Positions 55,277-64,000 of a DNA stretch of 64,000 nt are shown one piece after another. A model generated the notes under the pieces. That model did not search any database and was not told the origin of the DNA. It saw only the letters and a program-made list of their open reading frames with translations. The translations under genes were made by a program, and so were the position numbers. The first letter of the stretch is position 1; each line of letters begins with the position of its first letter. Origin of the DNA: Eledone cirrhosa (taxonomy: Eukaryota); NCBI GenBank assembly GCA_964016885.1, contig OZ024762.1:22506001-22570000 (forward strand). Direction: 5' to 3'.

Positions 55277-55544
55277 GTAGAAATGTAGAAGTTCTATTTA
55301 AATTGTTGGGATACAACAAGCAAATATTTTTATAACTGATATAAAACACTCAACAAAATTATCCGGGAGTTTCCACCAGACATGGTCGCATTCTTTAAGG
55401 GTATGTCAATATTTATTTATAAAACTGGTCTCTATTATATTATATCTGATGAAAGCACACCATAATTTAACTTGGTGTCCTTAAAATATGTATAATGAAA
55501 TAAATATGGTTTTATAAATATAGTTTCCATTTGTTAATATATCG
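55277..55544 (+). mobile_element. Family B1 element with mutated hammerhead (GAAA to AAAA at 55483)
   Basis: CTGATGA aagcacacca-loop-tggtgtcctt AAAA tatgta TA. Confidence 0.85.
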
Positions 55545-55569
<25 letters not shown>

Positions 55570-55577
<8 letters not shown>

Positions 55578-55995
55578 AGATCAAAAGATGGTTAAATGAG
55601 TTCCATGTATTTTATTATGCGCATTTCAAAAACAAATATCATCATGCAATAACATTTGTGTTTTCATCAGATAAAATAGGAGGACATGATATGAAGGTTA
55701 AAAAACACTTGTGGATAGTGCAGTTTTAAATCAACATATCATATGTTGATTTAAAACTGCACTATACACAAGTGTTTTTTAAGCTTCATATCATGTCTCC
55801 CTATTTTATCTGATGAGAACGCAGATATCATCCCATGATGATATTTGTTTTTGACATGCGCATAATAAAATATATGGAACTCATTTAACCATCTTTTGAT
55901 CTTATATATTATGTATACTCCAGTCCTACAAACTGTAGAGTGCTTCTTATCCGATATCTGCATTGCTTTATTGTACTACAATAAAACTCACCTCC

Positions 55996-55998
<3 letters not shown>
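55570..55998. mobile_element. Family C complete foldback element with mirrored hammerheads (55608-55678 - intact; 55802-55872 + with GACA)
   Basis: ~170-bp arms centred ~55740; tail 55911-55998. Confidence 0.92.
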
Positions 55999-56054
<56 letters not shown>

Positions 56055-56396
56055 ATGGGTGGGTGTATTGATGGATATATAGATAAATAATATTTATTTA
56101 ATATCGTATATATATATTTATTTAATAAGTTTTACGACCGGAAAATCGAATACAAAATGGCCATCAGTTTTGTTTTCGTTTCCCTATTGAGACGTCAGTG
56201 ATAGTCAATAGTCATCGAGTTTCAAGAAAGACAATAAATAACAGAATAGAGGTGTTTACACATACATATGTTTACTTAGGAATTATGTTATTGAAAAGAC
56301 ACTCGAGATTTTCAAAAAGCCATCTTTTTAATTGTCCATTCTCCTATGTTTTTATTGTTATATCTTGTCTTGTCTGGTGATAATTCTGAAGACTTC

Positions 56397-56511
56397 TGTA
56401 TGTATGTATGTATGTATGTATGTATGTATGTATGTATGTATGTATGTATGTATGTATGTATGTATGTATGTATGTATGTATGTATGTATGTATGTATGTA
56501 TGCATGTATAT

Positions 56512-56566
<55 letters not shown>

Positions 56567-57095
56567 AATATATATACAGTTATATATATATACAAATATA
56601 TATACAGATATATATATATATATATACAAAGATATACACACATATATATGTATACATATATAGAAAGATACATATATATATACATATATACATACATATA
56701 CATACACATAAATTTATGGACATATACACATGTATGTATTTACATATATATATATATATATATAAATATATAAATATATAAATGTATATGCATATATGGA
56801 TGTATATATATATGCATATGTATTTACATATGTACATATACATGTACATATATAACTGTATATATGCATATATGTATATATGTATATACATATATACATG
56901 TATGTATATACATATATATATATATATGCATATATACATATATACATATATACATGTATATATATATATACATGTATGTATATACATATATACATATATA
57001 TACATGCATATATACGTATATATATATATATATTATATATATATATATACACACACACAAATATATATATATATACGTATATATGCATATATATG

Positions 57096-57131
<36 letters not shown>

Positions 57132-57259
57132 AATACATATTTCTATACACACACACACATATATATGCACACACACGCATATATATACACACACTCACGC
57201 ATATATATATACACACACACGTATATATATATACACACACATACACATATACACACACG

Positions 57260-57313
<54 letters not shown>

Positions 57314-57352
57314 TATATATATATACACACACATACACACATATGTTCACAC

Positions 57353-57386
<34 letters not shown>
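56397..57386. repeat. (TATG)n, (TA)n and (CA)n tracts
   Basis: Direct inspection. Confidence 0.95.
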
Positions 57387-57392
<6 letters not shown>

Positions 57393-57569
57393 TCTTTTTC
57401 CGACAGCAAATTATATTGTTTATTAAACATTTCAAAATGGCTGTCAACGACGTTGTCGTAGATTGTGCGACATTTTCTTAATTTAATGAATACAACAAAC
57501 ACTTAGGTTTGAAAGCTGTAATATTATACCACTATTATTTCTATTGTCATACTAGCTTTTGTTCGTCTT

Positions 57570-59250
57570 CTCGTCGTGGTCGTTGTGGTGACGTTGTTGT
57601 TGCGGGCGCTGTTGTTGTGGTGACGTTGTTGTTGCGGGCGCTGTTGTTGTTGCAGGCGTTGTCGTTGTGGTGACGTTGTTGTTGCGGGCGTTGTCGTTGT
57701 TGCGGTCGTTGTTGTTGCGGTCGTTGTTGTTGCGGGCGTTGTCCTTGTTGCGGTCGTTGTTGTTGCGGGCGTTGTCGTTGTTGCGGTCGTTGTTGTTGCG
57801 GGCGTTGTCGTTGTTGCGGGCGTTGACGTTCTTGCGGTCGTTGTTGTTGCGGGCGTTGTTGTCGTTGTTGCAGGTGTTGTCGTTGTGGCGGTCGTTGTTG
57901 TTGCGGTCGTTGTTGTTGCGGTCGTTGTTGTTGCGGGCGTTGTCGTTGTTGCAGGCGTTGTCGTTATTGCGGGCGTTGTCGTTGTTGCGGGCGTTGTCGT
58001 CATTGGCGTTGACATTCTTGCGGTCGTTGTTGTTGCGGGCGTTTTCGTTGTTGCGAGCGTTGTCGTTGTTGCGGGCGTTTTCGTTGTTGCAAGCGTTGTG
58101 GTTGTTGCGGGCGTTCTCGTTGTTGCGGGCGTTGTCGTCGTTGGCGTTGACGTTCTTGCGGTCGTTGTCGACGTTGTCGTTGGGTCGTTGTCGTTGTTGA
58201 CGTTGTTGTCGTTGATGTGTTTGTGGACGTCGTTGGCGTTGAACGTCGTTGCTGTCGTTGTCCTCGTCGGCGTTGACGTCGTTGTGGTAGTCGTTTGCGT
58301 TGATGTCGTTGTGATCGTAGTAGTTGTTGTTGACGTTGTTGTTGTTGTGGTCGTTGTTGTTGTTGTTGTTATTGTGGTCGTTGAAGTCGTTGCGTTGTGG
58401 TCGTTTTTCTTGTTGTAGTTGACGACGACGTTGTTGTTGTTGTGGTTGTTGACGTTGCTGTGATGGTTGCGGTCGTTAACGTCGTTGTGTTGTGGTCGTT
58501 TTTCTTGTTGTAGTTGACGACGACGTTGTTATTGTTGTCGTTGTTGTTATCTTCGTTGTCGTTGACGTTGTTGTTGTCATCGTCTTGGTTGCTGTTATGG
58601 TTATCGTCGTCGTCGTTGTCACCTTGTTGTTGTAGTTGTTGTCACTGTTGTCGTTGTTGTGTGCACAGGATGGCCAACGACGACAACGCCCGCAACAACG
58701 ACAACGCCCGCAACAACAACAACGCTCGCAACAACGACAACGCTCGCAACAACGACAACGCTCGCAACAACGACAACGACCGCAACAACGACAACGCTCG
58801 CAACAACGACAACGCTTGCAACAACGACAACGACCACAACAACAACAACGACCGCAACAACGACAACGACCGCAAGAACAACGCCCGCAACAACGACAAC
58901 GACCGCAACGACGACAACGCTCGCAACAACGACAACGCCCGCAACAAAGACAACGCCCGCAACAACGACAACGCCCGCAACAACAACGACCGCAACAACG
59001 ACAACGCGCGCAACAACGACAACGACCGCAACAACGACAACGCTCGCAACAACGACAACGACCGCACAACGACAACGCTCGCAACGACGACAACGCCCGC
59101 AACAACAACGACCGCAACAACTACAACGCCCGCAACAACGACAACGACCGCAACGACGACAACGCTCGCAACAACGACAACGACCGCAACGACGACAACG
59201 CCCGCAACGACGACAACGCCCGCAACAACGACAACGCCCGCAACAACAAT
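57570..59250. repeat. Two inverted arrays of a 15/18-bp GTT/GCG-rich repeat
   Basis: Left unit gttgtcgttgttgcgggc; right unit gcccgcaacaacgacaac (its reverse complement). Confidence 0.9.
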
Positions 59251-59746
59251 ATTAATATTTTAAATATTTCTCTGCACACAAGCTTCTATATCATACATAT
59301 AAAATACTATACAACCCCCATAATACTCTTGATTGCCCGCTTAAAGTGCTTATATTCCATATAACAGCTTACCGCACTATAATCTTATATAAATAAGACA
59401 CAGGTGCATGCCCCACGTGTAACTAACTACTTCTAACTATCCTCCTGCATCACCTTCATAAACTGCCAATGTTGTATTATAACTTCAATTTTGTTGTAAT
59501 TTTCTTTTAATATGACTTTAATCTTTAAATGTAAACTGCCATGTTTAAATATTATAATGGATGTCAACCCACTGTGCATCAATATATACATATGTTTCTG
59601 TATGTCTCTTGTGTTGAAAAGGAGGTCAAGTATGTAAACAATCATTGAAAAATTGGTTCGAAGACTCCAAACCTCGGTTTGGAAGAAACAATTGTAAGCG
59701 AATAAATGATTTGAACAGAACTTTGATTCATGTAATTTCTATATAA

Positions 59747-59777
<31 letters not shown>

Positions 59778-59904
59778 AAATTAAATATATGTATATATAT
59801 ATAATTAAATATATGTATACGTATATATGTATATATATATATAATTAAATATATTTATATATATATTTATATATATATATATGTATATATATATATAAAA
59901 TTAA

Positions 59905-59939
<35 letters not shown>

Positions 59940-59983
59940 AAATTAAATATATGTATATATATATATATATATATATACATATG

Positions 59984-60088
<105 letters not shown>

Positions 60089-60206
60089 GTATATATATAT
60101 ATATAGAATGAAATATATGTATATAATTAAATATATATATATATAGTTTATAATTAAATATATGTATATATTTATATATATATATAAATATCAATAATTG
60201 AATATA

Positions 60207-60278
<72 letters not shown>

Positions 60279-60586
60279 TATAAATATATATATAAATATA
60301 TATATATATACACACATACATATATACATACCTACCTAGATACATACATACATACCTATATACATACATATGTGTGAGGGAGTTTTAGTCTAATTAATAC
60401 TGCTACTAACTGCATCATGCCAATTATAATTTTCATGTTTCAACTAACGTCATTTTTAAACAGTAAAAAATAGTCTGTCTGTTGAAACTTAGTTTCAATC
60501 GTGACTAAATAAACGGAAATAATTACTGTTTAATCATTTGTATATTCTTGTCTTTAAAATAAGTGGCTCTACTATATGTACACACC

Positions 60587-60630
<44 letters not shown>

Positions 60631-60635
<5 letters not shown>

Positions 60636-61539
60636 GACGTAAAATAAGAAAATTATAAAAATTAACTTACTAAAATTTCACTCCAACTAATTAGTTTCTG
60701 AAAGGGAATAAACATAGTTTCCGAAGAAACGTACGGAGAAGCCTTTCGTCATCAGAGAAGTCTATTCTCAGCTAAGTTTCCAGGCGATGCGTGGACACAG
60801 GGAACTTATACAAAAATAATTCAGTGGATGGAAAAAAGCAAAGCGTGGACTAAGTTCCAAGATATTGAAAAAATCACTGCCTACAGCGTCGGTGGCAAAT
60901 TCAAAAGAATCAATCACGTGACATCGAGGTTAATCAGTGAGGAGTGGTTTGTTAAGAAGACAGCAGCCGAACCATTACTATGAAATATAGTAGCAGTTTT
61001 GGCCAATTTTGGCTCAACAAAATAATTTGGAGATAATTATAAAGAATTAGTATATCTACTAACATATATATACAGATGCATACTTATGCCAGCAAATATA
61101 TAGGTTTTGTCTTAGTAACTTTGTGGTTCAATGCAAGGGGATGCAGAACAATACTATGAAAGACGTCGACGCAATAGGCAGTGATTTGTTCAATGTCTTG
61201 GAACTTAGTCCACGCTTTGCTTTTTTCCATCCACTGAATTATTTTTGTATAAGTTCCCTGTGTCCACGCATCGCTTGGAAACTTAGCTGAGAATAGACTT
61301 CCCTGATGACGAAAGGCTTCTCCGTATGTTTCTTCGGAAACTATGTTTATTCCCTTTCAGAAACTAATTAGTTGGAGTGAAATTTTAGTAAGTTAATTTT
61401 TATAATTTTCTTATTTTACGTCTTTCATATTATTGTTCTGCATCCCCATGCATTGAACCACAAAGTTACTAAGACAAAACCTATATATTTGCTGGCATAA
61501 GTATGCACCTGTATATATATGTTAGTAGATATACTAATT

Positions 61540-61543
<4 letters not shown>
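60631..61543. mobile_element. Family I element: inverted, circularly permuted 526-bp unit joined to a forward arm plus tail
   Basis: 60631-60891 inverted versus 61167-61427; 61042-61166 inverted versus 61417-61543; tgaaagacgt at 60631 and 61157. Confidence 0.9.
61290..61352 (+). ncRNA. Atypical hammerhead candidate (I); mirror on - at ~60705-60768
   Basis: CTGATGA cgaa...ttcg GAAA ctatg TT tattc; stem I (gaata/tattc) is offset by 7 nt. Confidence 0.4.
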
Positions 61544-61609
<66 letters not shown>

Positions 61610-61963
61610 CATACATATATATCATACATATATAATACACACATATATATAAATATGTATATAGATATGCATACATATAAGTATATATATATTTATATAT
61701 ATATATATATATGTGTGTATATATATATGTATATATGTATATATGTACATATATATACATGTACATGTATATGTATATATATATATATGTACATATATAT
61801 ATGTATATATGTATATATATATATATATATATATGTACATATATATATATATGTACATTTATATATATGTACATAAATATATATATATGTACATATATAT
61901 ATATATACATATATATATATGTACATATATATATGTACATATATATATATGTACATATATATA

Positions 61964-62003
<40 letters not shown>

Positions 62004-62065
62004 TGTGTGTGTGTGTACATATATATATATATGTGTACACATATAAGTACATATACAAGTATATA

Positions 62066-63275
62066 CAGCTCACATGTGGACGTGATATATCTTGACTTTG
62101 CGAAGTCCTTTGACAAGGTCGATTACGGAATGATATGTCACAAACTACACAAACTCGGCATAACTGGAAATGTAGGTGAGTGGCTGCACGACTTCTTAAA
62201 GGCAGAAGCCAGACAGTCGCAGAAATCGGGGCCCTATCAAAAGAAACATCAATAACAAGTGGGATGCCTCAAAGCACAGTCCTGGACCACTACTGTTTTT
62301 GGTGCCTCTCTCAGACATGCCCCCTGTTGTACATACAACAACATCCCTTTCTAGCTATGCTGATGACACTAAGGTAGCACAGGCAATCAAAACCCGGCTG
62401 ACGCTGCCTTTTTACAACAAGATCTGGATGTCATATACAAATGGGCGGAAGACAACAACATGCAGTTTAATGCTGGCAAATTCAAAGCCCTTCAATACAA
62501 ACCTGCAAATACAGTACAACACAGTTACGCAGGACCAGGAGGGACCGATATTCCCGTGGCAAAATCGATACGAGACCTGAGCGATGATGCATCTTTTGCC
62601 TCACACATCACGAAAGTGGCGACAATGTGCAGACGTCTCTCTGGCTGGACCTTGAGGACTTTCCGGACAAGAGACCGCGACACCCTGTTGAAACCCATGG
62701 AGGACATTTGTCCTAAGCCGCCTGGACTATTGCTCCCAGTTGTGGTCACCCCATAGTGTCAAACTAACCACGGAGCTTGAGGCAATCCAGTGAAGCTACA
62801 CCAAGAGGATTACCACGATGAAGGAGATAAGCTACTGGGAGAGGCTAAAAGAACTGAACCTCTACTCCTTGGAACGAAGACGGGAGAGATACGCAGTGAT
62901 CTACATGTGGACAATCCTGGAGGGACTAGCACCAAACTTTGGCATTGGTGTCAAAGGTCCCGTTTTCTACATCTAGAATAAGGAGCAGAATTTGCAATAG
63001 CCTGGGGTTCAAGGGTCCTCAACTCTTCAACAAGCTGCCGAGGGATCTGAGAGATCTGCATGGTGTGGCGGTGGATGTCTTCAAGAAACATCTCGATACC
63101 TTCCTATCCAGGATCCCGGATGAGCCCACAGCAAGGCACGAGGGAAACCTAAGGGCAGCAGCAACAAAATCTCTCTTACACCAGTGGCAACCAATACAGG
63201 CTGGAGATAAAATGTGTAGCAACAAGGGCGGTGCCCCAGCATGGCCTCAGCGGGATGGCTGGAACAGGTAAAAGA
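62066..63275 (+). mobile_element. CR1-type LINE, RT to 3' end, frameshifted
   Basis: [58 protein letters not shown]. Confidence 0.88.
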
Positions 63276-63328
63276 GTAAAAGATATATATATATATATAT
63301 TTATGTGTGCATGTGTGTATATGTGTGC

Positions 63329-63421
<93 letters not shown>

Positions 63422-63694
63422 TGTGCGTGTGTGTGTGTGTGTATTTAACTCTGTGCTAGAAATAATATAGCTGACCTATGATCGAAGATAAACCAGCTTC
63501 TCATCAAATTTTGGATATTGTTTTTGTGGCATTGCTCAACAGTAATGATGAAACATGTGTTACCATTTTATTTTTCTAAAAGTTGTAGAGTGTATTTAAT
63601 TTGAGATGTACACCTTATTTGGTTTATTTGGCATGGTATATCGAAGACTACACTAACAAATATTTATTTCCTGTTTTTGTAATTGTATTCTATG

Positions 63695-63922
63695 TTTCCT
63701 TTCATCCTTACGGGGTCGATAAAATAAAGTACCAGTAATACACTGAGGACATTTAATCGACTTCCCCTCCCCGCAAATCGCTGGGCCTGAAGTAAAACAA
63801 TTATGTATCTTGTACTACATTATAAAATGTATCTTTGTTTTTTTCACCTCATTCTAGTATATTAGTACCAGTAATGCACTGGATAATTGCTGGCCTTGTG
63901 CTTAAAGTAGAGACAATTATTC
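63695..63922 (+). mobile_element. Two main-family SINE 3' fragments
   Basis: cctttcatccttacggggtcgataaaataaagtacc; gctggccttgtgcttaaagtag. Confidence 0.8.
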
Positions 63923-64000
63923 TATATGTATAGATATTTAGTAGTCAATTTTATTGATCATGTACTGTATACCTGGGACATTATCCACTGAGGTCTCGTT

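Noticed and set aside
57524-59364. TTTPAT, QQRQRP and CRCC repeat ORFs
   Set aside because: Most frames are open because of the 15/18-bp repeat; no frame is favoured.

Overview
AT-rich, microsatellite-saturated animal genomic DNA. The repeat landscape looks like a cephalopod (Octopus-like); this is recognition only and unverified. No intact host gene is supported. Almost all listed ORFs are translations of (TA)n/(CA)n/(GA)n/(GAA)n/(ACA)n tracts or tandem repeats. The real coding remnants are retrotransposon fragments: two Penelope-like elements (a GIY-YIG fragment at 2.8-3.3 kb; RT+GIY-YIG at 44.1-45.5 kb), Tx1/L1, R4/Dong-type RLE, RTE and CR1-type LINEs. There are more than 20 tRNA-derived SINE copies and several minisatellites, some seeded from TE fragments. 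The main signal is non-coding. The short unique islands between (TA)n tracts are a community of small, mostly foldback (head-to-head inverted repeat plus one-sided tail) elements. Together they carry about 28 minimal type-I hammerhead ribozyme motifs (stem I-CUGANGA-stem II-GAAA-short, mostly palindromic stem III-UH-stem I') in about 11 sequence families, with covarying stems and U3-A8, U4C and extra-nucleotide core variants. One family is physically the 3' end of the GIY-YIG Penelope fragment. Two elements are circularly permuted (526- and 680-bp units). All structures were read by eye, coordinates are approximate to a few bases, family letters are my own labels, and ribozyme activity is inferred, not shown.
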